The notes beneath the pieces are model-generated. The model did not search any database, had not been told where the DNA came from, and saw only the letters and a program-made list of their open reading frames with translations. Below, piece by piece: positions 51,973-63,330 of a stretch of DNA of 64,000 bases (position 1 is the stretch's first letter; every line of letters begins with the position of its first letter). A program made the position numbers and the translations under genes. The stretch lies in NCBI RefSeq assembly GCF_006345805.1, contig NC_043001.1, forward strand, positions 133,486,001-133,550,000, in the 5' to 3' direction. The stretch comes from Octopus sinensis. Its lineage: Eukaryota.

Positions 51973-52745
51973 GAAAGTTTGACATCTAACTTATGAATAA
52001 GATGGGAGTTCTTGAAAGTATATGATATCAATGTTGACATCTGCTCCAGTTGCTAAATTCAGGCAGTTGATTGATTGTATTTTAAGTGCAAACATATTAA
52101 AGCTTGAGAGAATATCAGGAAATGTTTACATTTCATCTAGGCATAGGAGCGGCTGTGTGGTAAGTAGCTTATGTACCTCACTACTGTGAATCCTATAGAT
52201 GTTATCAGTGTCAATGATTTGATTCCATCTTCCATCATCTAGTGGATTTCATTATTGATCATTGCTTAACCCAGCTGAAACCGGCTCTGGCTCTTTAGTA
52301 TAAATGTCTTGTTTTCATAAGTTTTGAATTCAAATCTTCCACTAAATCTTAGTCACAATTTATGTTCCTAACACTAGCTTAATGATAATGATGTTATTTT
52401 ACTAAATTCTTTGTTATATTTAAAATAATTGAGAGAAACACAGAGCATCTCAAAATAAATACAGTAATGAAAGGGTTAACTGATTCCTCTGCCAAAACTT
52501 TGCATCCACCATACTGCTTCTCAAAGTTTTTGGTAGGATTCTCATTTAATCTTATCCCTCACTTCAAACCTGTCCAGCTTAGTTAGACCAGCCAAGAGTA
52601 AAACTTCTATCATTATAGCACTTTAGGTCACAGTGATATGCAAGCCCCCACTACCACAATCAGGGTGTGAATTATTAGTGGAGTAAACTGATAATTAATT
52701 AACCTGAATTCATAAATCCAGATCTGATGACCTGAAAGTTTCCCA

Positions 52746-53030
52746 TATCATCATCATCATCATCATCGTTTAACGTCCGTTTTCCATGCTAGCATGGGTT
52801 GGACGGTTCGACCGGGGATCTGGGAAGCCAGAAGGCTGCACCAGGCTCCGGTCTTATCTGGCAATGTTTCTACAGCTGGATGCCATTCCTAATGCCAACC
52901 ACTCCGTGAGTGTAGTGGGTGCTTTTTACATGCCACCTGCACTGGTGCCAGGCGAGGCTGGCATCGGCCACAGTCAGATTGGTGCATTTTACGTGCCACC
53001 TGCACGGAAGCCAGTCGAGGCGGCACTGTC
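52746..53030 (-). mobile_element. Family D copy in SDR intron
   Basis: Same tail motifs. Confidence 0.85.
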
Positions 53031-53509
53031 ATTTTGAAATCTCAAATCATGAGTCAATGTCGTTTCATATTCTCAAACTCATGCCAATATTTACTTAAAC
53101 ACAAGGCATTATTTACCTAACTTCTTGGTTTGGCAGAATCATTAGAACATCAGAAAAAATGCTTAACAACATTTGTTCCAATCCTTGATGTTCTGAGTTC
53201 ACATCCTGTCAAGGTTGACTTTGCCTGTCATTGTGCCAGAGTCAGTAAAATAAAGTGCTAGTCAAGTACTGTAGTCAATGTAATTGGTTAATCCCCACCC
53301 CCTGCAAAATTACTGGTCTTGTATAATAATTACTCATGCATGTAACAATGCTTCCTTAAACATGAGGCAATATTCACTTAAACACATGATAATATTTCAT
53401 GAAAGCACAAACAAACAATATTTCTATAAACAACATTTTTTTTACTAAATATTTTCCCTCAAGTTTCAGATAAGGAAGCTTACTAAACATTTTACCTTAA
53501 ATCAATATG

Positions 53510-53892
53510 TGGAGGCGCATTGGCCCAGTGGTTAGGGCAGCGGACTCGCGGTCGTAGGATCATGGTTTCGATTCCCAGACCGGGCGTTGTGAGTGTTTAT
53601 TGAGCGAAAACACCTAAAAGCTCCACCTAAAAGACAGGGGATGGTGGTGATCCCTGCTGTACTCTTTCACCACAACTTTCTCTCTCACTCTTACTTCCTG
53701 TTTCTGTTGTACCTGTATTTCAAAGGGCCAGCCTTGTCACTCTCTGTGTCACGCTGAATATCCCCGAGAACTACGTTAAGGGTACACATGTCTGTGGAGT
53801 GCTCAGCCACTTACACATTAATTTCACGAGCAGGCTGTTCCATTGATCGGATCAACCGGAACCCTCATCGTCATAACCGACGGAGTGCTTCC
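53510..53892 (+). mobile_element. SINE family B in SDR intron, with TSD
   Basis: TSD ATCAATATG at 53501-53509 and 53897-53905. Confidence 0.92.
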
Positions 53893-54071
53893 TCACATCA
53901 ATATGATAAATGTTCTTCTGTATAATTATTATTTGATTATGTTGAAATGAGGCTGCATTACCTAATAGATTCTACTGAAGAAATATGATGGCAAAAATTC
54001 TTTCTAGTGTCAGACATATAAAGCAATGTAAATATTAAAAAAAAAGAAGTCATAAAATATTTGATGCTCAC

Positions 54072-54179
54072 ATTTTGTGTTGATAAAAAATCCTTCTCTC
54101 CCAAAATCTTCCTGTACTTGCTTTGGTGCTTGCTGCCACCATTTTTGAGCCATTTTAACTTTGTCATAAGAAATTATAC
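54072..54179 (-). CDS. SDR-family dehydrogenase, internal exon
   Basis: Acceptor ctttcAG|GTATA, donor AAAT|GTGAGC. 108 nt, in frame: GIISYDKVKMAQKWWQQAPKQVQEDFGREGFFINTK, resembling the W..AP..V.E.(Y/F)G segment of RDH-like SDRs. Confidence 0.8.
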
Positions 54180-54242
54180 CTGAAAGAAATAAATATTTTT
54201 AGAACTGATGAAACAATTGCAACTAGAAAATTTCTCAAAGGC

Positions 54243-54244
<2 letters not shown>

Positions 54245-54278
<34 letters not shown>

Positions 54279-54512
54279 GTTTAACGTCCATTTTCCATGC
54301 TAGCATGGGTTGGACGGTTCAACTGGGGTCTGGGAAGCCAGGAGGCTGCACCAGGCCCAGTCTGATCTGGTAGTGTTTCTACAGCTGGATGCCCTTCCTA
54401 ACGCCAACCACTCCGTGAGTGTAGTGGGTGCTTTTTATGTGCCACCTGCACAGGTGCCAGACGAGGCTGGCAAACGGCAACAATCGGATGGTACTTTTTA
54501 TGTGCCACCGGC
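54245..54512 (-). mobile_element. Family D copy in SDR intron
   Basis: Same tail motifs. Confidence 0.85.
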
Positions 54513-54610
54513 TTGGAGAAGACTGACACATGTGACAATAAAACTCCAGAAAACAACAGATTTTTCAAAAAACAACAACATTCTTGATGTCATATTTTTT
54601 TTTTTTTTTT

Positions 54611-54993
54611 ACTTGTTTCAGTCATTTGACTGCGGCCATGCTGGAGCACCGCCTTTAGTCGAGCAAATCGACCCCAGGACTTATTCTTTGTAAGCCCAAT
54701 ACTTATTTTATCGGTCTCTTTTGCCGAACCGCTAAGTGACGGGAACGTAAACACACCAGCATCGGTTGTCAAGCAATGCTAGGGGGACAAACACAGACAC
54801 ACACACATACATATATATATACATATATACGACGGGCTTCTTTCAGTTTCCGTCTACCAAATCCACTCACAAGGCACTGGTCGGCCCGGGGCTATAGCAG
54901 AAGACACTTGCCCAAGATGCCACGCAGTGGGACTGAACCCAGAACCATGTGGTTGGTTAGCAAGCTACTTACCACACAGCCACTCCTGCGTCT
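54611..54993 (-). mobile_element. SINE family A in SDR intron
   Basis: Head, body and tail as above. Confidence 0.92.
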
Positions 54994-55507
54994 ATATAAT
55001 AACAATTTTATAATGCTTTCTACTATAGGCACAAGGGCTGAAATTTTATTTCAGAGAGAGAGAGAGCTAATCAATTACTAGAAACAGAGTGCTCATCTGG
55101 TGCTTATTTTATCAACCCCGAAAAGATGAAATGCAAAGTCAAACTCAGCAAGATTTGAACTCGGAGTGTAAGGCCGAAAGAAATGCTGCTAGCATTCTGT
55201 CAGTTCACCCCCTTTAATAAATTTGTAACAATGTACAATTCAATTCAAGCTCTCAACCCTTTAACTGCAAAATTAAATTTAATGGTTATTCCAGTAACTA
55301 TAAAAAAATTTAAAAAATAGAATTGGCATTTTTCACAAGTCACACTGCCTCAGTAAGTTTGACATTTCAACAAAAATATAGTCTTAAATTTGACATTCTC
55401 CAACAAGAAATAGTTTGTTATATAAAATTGTCTTCCACAGTTGAAATTTTGAGTCAGTATACCTGATTTTTGCAGTAATGGAGTTAGCATAATTACAAAT
55501 ATAACTT

Positions 55508-55825
55508 CGTGAAGATGCATGGCTTAATGGATAGGGTATCTGGCTCAAAATCATAAGGTTGTGAGTTCAATTCCTGGCAGCATGTTATGTCCTTGAGCAA
55601 GACACTTTACTTCACTTTGCTCCAGTTCACTCAGCTGGCAAAATTGAGTTGTACCTGTCACTCAAAGGGCCAGCCTTGTCACATTCTGTGTCATGTTGAA
55701 TCTCCCTGAGAACTATATTAAGGGTATGCATGCCTGTGGAGTGTTTGGCTATTTGCATATTAATTTCATGAGCAGGCTGTTCTGTTGATCAGATCAACTG
55801 GATCCCTTATTATCAAAACTGACAG
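55508..55825 (+). mobile_element. Older SINE: family-C head/core joined to family-B tail
   Basis: CCTTGAGCAAGACACTT...CAGCTGGCAAAATTGAGT followed by AAAGGGCCAGCCTTGTCAC...GAGCAGGCTGTTC. Confidence 0.75.
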
Positions 55826-56031
55826 AGTACTATTTTTTTTAATTTTAAGTTTTTAAGTATTACTTCAAATTTAACTAAAGTTGAAAATTTTGATATTCTG
55901 GAAAATCAAGATGACTGGGACATCAAGTTTTGGCAGATGAAACTTGGCTTTTACAATAAATTAGATTTTTCTCTCAGTGTAGAATTACACTATCAGTAAA
56001 TACTTAGTTGGTATTGTTAAGAGTACTTTAA

Positions 56032-56251
56032 CCCTTTGGCATTTAAACTGGCCACATCCAGCTAAAATATTCCACCTTTTTTTGTTCAAACTGGTCAGAT
56101 ATGGTCTCTCACACCTACCCCTATAATGTTATTCTAAAAACAAACAACCACATCATCAAAATCTCAAAGCTACAAGATAATGCATGGCTAATTTAAAATA
56201 ATGTTAATAAATAAGCATTGTATTTGACAGAGTAGTAAGTATGCTAAAGGG
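56032..56251. mobile_element. piggyBac-type MITE (family 1)
   Basis: TTAA-CCCTTTGGC...GCTAAAGGG-TTAA. Confidence 0.85.
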
Positions 56252-56417
56252 TTAAAATCATCCTTTCTGCAATAGGCACAAGGCATGAAATTCCGTAGGG
56301 AGCTGGGCCAGTTGACTACATCAGCTCCAGTACTCAACTGATACTTATTTTACTGATTATAAAAGGATGAAAGGCCAAGTTGATCTCAGAATGTAAAGCC
56401 TGAATAAATACAATACC

Positions 56418-56646
56418 TATTTCTTTACTACCCACAAGGGGCTAAACACAGAGAGGACAAACAAAGACAGACAAACGGATAAGTCGATTACATCCACCCC
56501 AGTACGTAACTGGTACTTATTTAATCGACCCTGAAAGGATGAAAGGCAAAGTCGACCTCGGCGGAATTTGAACTCAGAACGTAACGGCAGACGAAATACC
56601 GCTAAGCATTTCGCCCGGCGTGCTAACGTTTCTGCCAGCTCTCCAC
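56418..56646 (-). mobile_element. SINE family E inserted into an older family-E copy
   Basis: TSD CCTGAATAAATACAATACC at 56399-56417 and 56651-56669; both flanks are decayed E sequence. Confidence 0.9.
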
Positions 56647-56764
56647 CTTCCCTGAATAAATACAATACCGCTAATCATTTTGTCACCTGAAGAGTACTAT
56701 ATTTTAGCACTGTAATATTTTATTAATATATTGAAAAATCAAAATCAATCAACATCAATGGAAA

Positions 56765-57168
56765 TTGTAGCTATGATACCAGTGCCGGTGATACATAAGA
56801 GAACCATCCAAACGTGGCTGTTGCCAGCGCCGCCCCAACTGACCTTGTGCCGGTGGCACATAAAAAGCACCATCCGATTGTGGCCGTTGCCAGCCTCACC
56901 TGGCCCCCGTGCCGGTGGCACGTAAAAAGCACCATCCGATTGTGGCCGTTTGCCAGCCTCATCTGGCACCTGTGCTGGTGGCACGTAAAAAGCACCCACT
57001 ACACTCACGGAGTGGTTGGCATTAGGAAGGGCATCCAGCCGTAGAAACATTGCCAGATCAGACTGGGCCTGGTGCAGCCTTCTGGCTTCCCAGACCCCAG
57101 TTGAACCGTCCAACCCATGCTAGCATGGAAAGTGGACGCTAAACGATCATGATGATGATGATGATGAT
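56765..57168 (+). mobile_element. Family D copy in SDR intron, opposite orientation
   Basis: Ends ...CATGCTAGCATGGAAAGTGGACGCTAAACGAT(GAT)n. Confidence 0.85.
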
Positions 57169-57236
57169 TGAAATGATATTGTTTTATTGTGTTAAAAATT
57201 TTGATGTACTTTAGCTGATATATAACTAATGCTTAC

Positions 57237-57557
57237 CTGTCTTATAACCACTGGGTACAATTGTAGACACCTTCACTCCCCATCGTTCATTCTCAGCACG
57301 GAGAACTTCTGACAACATGAGGAGAGCAGATTTTGAGCAGCAGTACGCACCCATCAAAGCTACTGGAGCTAATCCAGCATTACTTGATACATTGACAATC
57401 CGACCTTGACTTCTGCGGAGTAAAGGAAGGAACTTGCGGCACAACAAGAATGGCCCTCGAAAGTTGACATCCATAATCTTAAGTGAATCATCTGTGGATA
57501 TTATTTCTGAATTGCCTATGTAGCAAATTCCAGCATTGTTAACTAATCCCCACAAAG
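57237..57557 (-). CDS. SDR-family dehydrogenase, catalytic exon
   Basis: Acceptor cttccAG|CTTTG, donor ACAG|GTAAGC. 321 nt, in frame with the previous exon. Contains LVNNAG, IVNVSS and YCCSK (YxxxK). Confidence 0.93.
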
Positions 57558-57731
57558 CTGGAAGTAGCAAAGATTATAGAGTTAGCCAAAGAAGTGAGTA
57601 TTCAGAATTATTCTTTACATTGCAACAGAATTTCAATTTGTATTAATTTTACATTGGAATTTCAAACTTTCTTCAGTGTTAACACACACACACACACCTT
57701 CTAATAGTAGCTACAGTGGATATTAGTTATT

Positions 57732-58116
57732 TGGAAGCACTCCGTCGGTTACGACGATGAGGGTTCCGGTTGATCCGAATCAACGGAACAGCCTGCTCGT
57801 GAAATTAACGTGTAAGTGGCTGAGCACTCCACAGACATGTGTACCCTTAACGTAGTACTCGGGGATATTCAGCGTGACACAGAGAGTGACAAGGCCGGCC
57901 CCTTGAAATACAGGTACAACAGAAACAGGAAGTAAGAGTGAGAGAAAGTTGTGGTGAAAGAGTACAGCAGGGATCACCACCATCCCCTGCCGGAGCCTCG
58001 TGGAGCTTTTAGGTGTTTTTGCTCAATAAACACTCACAACGCCCGGTCTGGGAATTGAAACTGCGATTGTATGGCCGCGAGTACGCTGCCCTAACCACTG
58101 GGCCATTGCGCCGCCA
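57732..58116 (-). mobile_element. SINE family B in SDR intron, with TSD
   Basis: TSD ATATTAGTTAT at 57720-57730 and 58120-58130. Confidence 0.92.
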
Positions 58117-58319
58117 CTATATTAGTTATAATTGTATGGCTACTACATGTAAGTGAAGGCACATGGTTTTAGAATTAGATGAGACTATAAGAATGGTAGC
58201 AGGGAAGCTTGCACAGTTTGTAATTGGAATCAATAAATTTAGCAGAATCTACCCTGTTACAAGCAATCAAGCAAGGTGTCTAATTTTAGTATAGCTTACA
58301 TTCTTCCACCAGCCAGGGT

Positions 58320-58451
58320 CAGAGGCTTCCAAAAGGGCCAGAAGCTTCCAAAAGGGCCAGAAGCTTCCAAAAGGACCAGAAGCTTCCAAAAGGACCAGAA
58401 GCTTCCAAAAGGGCCAGAAGCTTCCAAAAGGGCCAGAAGCTTCCAAAAGGG
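58320..58451 (+). repeat. 19-bp minisatellite, 7 copies (CAGAAGCTTCCAAAAGGGC)
   Basis: Read directly. Confidence 0.95.
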
Positions 58452-58722
58452 TAATGAGCACTGCTCTTCATGTAGTTCCACTCTACTCAGCTGTAATAAG
58501 TACCACCTGAAAATTGGTGCTGCCGTCTCTCCCTCCACCTCTCACATCCTGGATGCTTTGCTGTATCAAGTTTGGGGGTGTTTATATGTGTTTGCAACTA
58601 CAAAGGCACCTAAAACAACTACTGAAAGCATGATACAGGCTGTCAAGCGATACCCACTTACAAATAATGACTGGTTGCACCACATGTAACTCGACAAAAC
58701 TTCTAAATAAATGCCTTATTAA

Positions 58723-59298
58723 CCCTTTCGTTACCAACCCGGCTGAAACCGGCTCTGGCTCTTTAGTACAAATGTCTGGTTTTCAAAAGTTCTGAATTAA
58801 AATCCTCTGCCAAACCTTAGTTACAATTTATGTCCCTAACACTAGCTTCTTGATAACGATGTTATTTTACTTAATTCTTTGTTATATTTAAAATAATTGG
58901 AAGAAAGACAGAGCATCATCATCATCATCATCATCGTTTAACGTCCGTTCTCCATGCTAGCATGGGTTAGACGGTTCGACCGGGGTTCTGGGAAGCCAGA
59001 AGGCTGCACCAGGCTCCAGTCTAATCTGGCAATGTTTCTACAGCTGGATACCCTTCCTAACGCCAACCACTCCGTGAGTGTAGTGGGTGCTTTTTACGTG
59101 CCACCTGCACAGGTGCCAGGCAAGGCTGGCAACGGCCACGGTCGGATTGGTGTATTTTATGTGCCACCGGCACGGAAGCCAGTCGAGGCGGTGCAGCCAT
59201 CGGCCACGAGTCGGATAGTGCTTTTTACGTACCACCAGACCAGGGATCCTGGCTGGTTCAATTCGATTTCGCTCAAAATAAATACAGTAACGAAAGGG
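58723..59298. mobile_element. piggyBac-type MITE (family 2) carrying a family-D insertion
   Basis: TTAA-CCCTTTCGTTAC...GTAACGAAAGGG-TTAA; sister copy at ~52264-52478. Confidence 0.85.
58915..59262 (-). mobile_element. Family D copy inserted in a piggyBac MITE
   Basis: Interrupts GAGCATC|TCAAAATAAATAC relative to the uninterrupted MITE copy at 52264-52478. Confidence 0.85.
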
Positions 59299-59638
59299 TT
59301 AAATTTATAATTCATTTGTTTTAAGTTCAAATTCACTGGAAGTGTTTTGTGTCCCAGGGCAAGACACTATTATATTGAGTTGGTACTCTATTTTACAACT
59401 TTTAATATGTTAACACTAACTTTATTATCAGTTAACATTGTTCATTTATTGGTGGGGAGCTAGCAGAAATGTTAGCATTCCAGGTGAAATACTTAGAGGT
59501 ATTTCATCTCTCTTTACGTTTTGAGTTCAAATTTCACTGAGGTCAACTTTGCTTTTTATCCATTTTGGATAATCCCTTCTTGTATATATATATATATATA
59601 TACAATTTGACGTACAGATTAGTTAATTAATTTTTTCT

Positions 59639-59674
<36 letters not shown>

Positions 59675-60112
59675 TTGACGTACAGATTATTTAATCAATT
59701 TTTTTTTAATGTTCATTTTTCTATGCTAGAATAGTTTGAAAGGGAACAGATTTTGAGATAGGATTTTAAGGCTAGGTGCTTTTCCTTTTACCAGCCCACA
59801 CTTGTTTTTTCATGTAAGAGATTTTTCTACTCTACAGGTCTTCAAAAGCACTCTGATTAAAGAATACTTGGGAGGCCAGGATACTTGGGGATCAATAGAT
59901 TCTAAATTAGGGTAGATTACTCACTCTGTGATTGGAGTTAATATATGTAGTAGAGCATGCCCTGCTGTGAGCATTCAGTTGTGGTTTATAGTCTAAGGTT
60001 AACTTATACCCTTTCACTCACTAGTATCTGAAGCCTTCAAATGGGTCATAAGTACTGCTCTTTTTTGTCCTCTAAAAAATTTAGGCAAATAAGAAAGCCT
60101 TTCTATACTTAC

Positions 60113-60325
60113 ATTCTTCTCCTAAAATGTCTTTAATCTTTTCAAATGCATTCTCAACTTGGTTGCAATCTGAGACATCAAGCTGCAAGACATGAAGTCT
60201 GGTAGAACACTTTTTCTGCAATGAACAGGCACCTTCACCATCTTTGTACAAACATCCTGCAAACACAATGAATCCCAGCTTGTCAAGTCTCACTGCAAGC
60301 CCGTGGCCAAATCCCTGATCACAAC
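60113..60325 (-). CDS. SDR-family dehydrogenase, first identifiable coding exon (Rossmann-fold glycine motif)
   Basis: Acceptor cccttcAG|GTTGT, donor GAAT|GTAAGT. 213 nt, translates (G)CDQGFGHGLAVRLDKLGFIVFAGCL...LQLDVSD..., the TGxxxGxG motif split by a phase-1 intron. Confidence 0.9.
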
Positions 60326-60631
60326 CTGAAGGGATAGAAAAAATGTAATTGAATATCTATCTATATAATTGTTATATATGATGCATATATAGACATACAT
60401 GCATATATATATACATACATATATATATATATATTTAAGTAGTTGAATGAATTATCCTAGTATGGATAATTCGGTTAACCGATACCCGGGTAGCAAATTT
60501 ACGTCAGAAAGCACGGTTGAAGCTACATGCCAAGGGCAGAAATCACGTGCTTTCGTGTGGAAATTTGTGTGTTTTTTTACTATAGATAAATGAAAGAATG
60601 GAGTTGAACAGCGATTTAACAAAATTCCTTT

Positions 60632-60714
60632 ATTCTCGACACATGTTTCAAAGACTGCATATTCCTAATTCCAAAGGAATAAAGGGTGCATTATGCCGTC
60701 TTCTCATCAGGAAA
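60632..60714 (-). ncRNA. Degenerate hammerhead ribozyme in a Penelope-like remnant (~60575-60800), SDR intron/upstream
   Basis: UUUC-CUGAUGA-GAAGAC...GUCUUU-GAAA-CAUGUGUC^GAGA, followed by AATAAAGGAATTTTG. Confidence 0.55.
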
Positions 60715-62398
60715 GACAAGGAACTTATGTCAGCATCATGACGAACAAAAACTTTTAGATGACTGCCCACACTCCGTGTGGGCAGTCATCTAAAACTTTC
60801 CCTTTATATATACACATGTATCTATATATCAGTCAACCATCATAGTAGTTGAATATATTCTTAAGTCCACCATCATTCAACCACGGTTAAGTCCACCATT
60901 TTGTCAATTGCAGCAGCTTCCAAGCTTCACCACTAATTCAGTTTTGGTTCAGTAGAAAAATAGTTACATCAAAATATGTCAGACCTCAAGATGGGCAGTA
61001 AGGCAGATACTCATCTTCAATTAACATATATATATATATATACAATTTTTTGAATTTTTAAATAAAAGTATACTTTTCTTAGGCTTAAATTATAGAAAAA
61101 TGCATGAGAAATTCCGAATCATTAGCCGCATTGAACAAAAATGTATAGAAAAAGAGTTATGAGGTAAAGTGTCATGAAGTTTAATGTCAGTAAGTGAGGA
61201 AGTAAGCAGTAAAGCCCGAAGCAATAATAATAAAGAATATATTTCTAAAACGGATACTTACATACTAAGGTGGGGAGCTGGCAGAAATATTAGCATTCCA
61301 GGTGAAATACTTAGAGGTATTTCGTCTGTCTTTATGTTTTGAGTTCAAATTTCACTGAGGTCAACTTTGACTTTTGTCCATTTTGGATAATCCCTTCTTG
61401 TATATATATATATATATATATATACAATTTGACGTACAGATTAGTTGATTAATTTTTTTTTAACTAAACACTTTGAAACTTCCAATACTGGTAGAATATG
61501 TCACATAGAACAGGGTTTACTCTTAATGTTTTGACAAAATTTTGTATTTTAGAAGTTATTTCGTCACAAGTTACAGAGTGACAATGGACAAATTCATGTT
61601 TGATAAGTGCCAATGCACGAAACTCTCAGCTTTTGACTTACTCCCTAACTTCTGCCGATAATATATATACATATTACATATATATGTAAAAAACTCTCAT
61701 CACGCAATCGAACCAATGAAAGAGCCTCTACCTGGTCACTTGACATGCTAAAAATAGTAGCCAAAACATCCCCATACCTAAATCACATGCCCATTGTACA
61801 TAATATCCTAGATTATCCCTAAAAAGAAGGTTTGCAGATGGCTGGAATCTTTGCAGTATCAGGGTTGATTTGGGGCTAAATAACAACATTATAGTAAATT
61901 TCTATATTAATACCTGCACGATTTTCACAAAGAAAAAAACAAAAAATTTTATTTTTTGCAAGGAATCAAGTACCTGACCTCCTAATATGGTGCAAATCCC
62001 TTATTTTGGTTCAGAAAAAAATTAGGTGAGGGGCTTCCCCCACCAATCCCAGAATCATTGGAAATTTTCTTTTTCGTTGAATGAATTCCTGTGACCTCCT
62101 AATATTGCAAAATTAGGTTACTCAAGGTGAACCTGGTAACTGATGGTTTAGAGCCATGATGCAACCAACAACCAGGTAAAAATCCCCGCCATTAATTTGG
62201 TGTGGATGGGTAATATCAAATAATTCAATCCCAACATATTTAAATTAAACATGAAAAAATTGAAATATTATCATCACTTACATGGAAAAATTGAAATATT
62301 ATCTTTCAGTATTTTATAAGGTAAAATCTTAAATTATTAATTGATACATTATTAATTATCTTATAACAGCAATGCCTGGAAAAATCATGGATTATATA

Positions 62399-62903
62399 GA
62401 AAAATGCAAGCATGAAAAGTCATATTCTTAAAATTATAAACCTGGAAAAGTACAGGACAAGTTATTACACCTGTAAAAGTATAGGACAAGCTATTACTTC
62501 TAGTAAAGTAAAGAATAAGAAACTTTTTACTTAAAATATTGCAGCTAAAATTAAAATTTGAATATTAAAAATTATTTTATTATAGTTTACAAATAACACT
62601 ATACTTATTTAAGTAAAATTTGGCTAATCTACTACCTTAAATACAGAAAAAAGTGACTAATTAGACAAACTTACAAATTAGCTGAACAGTTTTGTACAAT
62701 AAATTTAAAAGATGAGAACTGTAAAGAGTGATAAATTAGAAGAACTGGCATTCTTTGCTGCAATATTTTAAGTAAAAAGTTCCTTATCCTTTACTTTACT
62801 TGAAGTAATAGTTTGTCCTATACTTTTACAGGTGTAATAACTTGTCGTGTACTTTTCCAGGTGTATAATCTTAAGAATATTACTTTTCATGCTCGCATTT
62901 TTC
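62399..62903. repeat. Long inverted repeat (~147-bp arms, ~210-bp spacer)
   Basis: 62399-62545 is roughly 90% identical by eye to the reverse complement of 62758-62903. Confidence 0.85.
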
Positions 62904-62920
62904 CATGTAATATATATATA

Positions 62921-63330
62921 CTCTTTACACTTTTACTCTTTTTCTTGTTTCAGTCATTTGACTGCGGCCATGCTGGAGCACCGCCTTTAGTCGAGCAAAT
63001 CGACCCTCGGGACTTATTCTTTGTAAGCCCAGTACTTATTCTATCGGTCTCTTTTGCCGAACCGCTAAGTGACGGGGACGTAAATACACAAGCATCGGTT
63101 GTCAAGCATTGCTAGGGAGACAAACACAGACATACAAACACATACACACACATACATATATATATATATACATATATACGACAGGCTTCTTTCAGTTTCT
63201 GTCTACCAAATCCACTCACAAGGCATTGGTCGGCCCGGGGCTATAGCAGAAGACACTTGCCCAAGATGCCATGCAGTGGGACTGAACCCGGAACCATATG
63301 GTTGGTTAGCAAGCTACTTATCACACAGCC
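62921..63330 (-). mobile_element. SINE family A, nearly full length
   Basis: Body and tail as above; the first ~10 nt of the head are missing. Confidence 0.9.

Noticed and set aside
50530-60325. Assigning a symbol such as BDH1, RDH16 or HSD17B2
   Set aside because: The motifs place it in the SDR9C-like group, but orthology needs a phylogeny.
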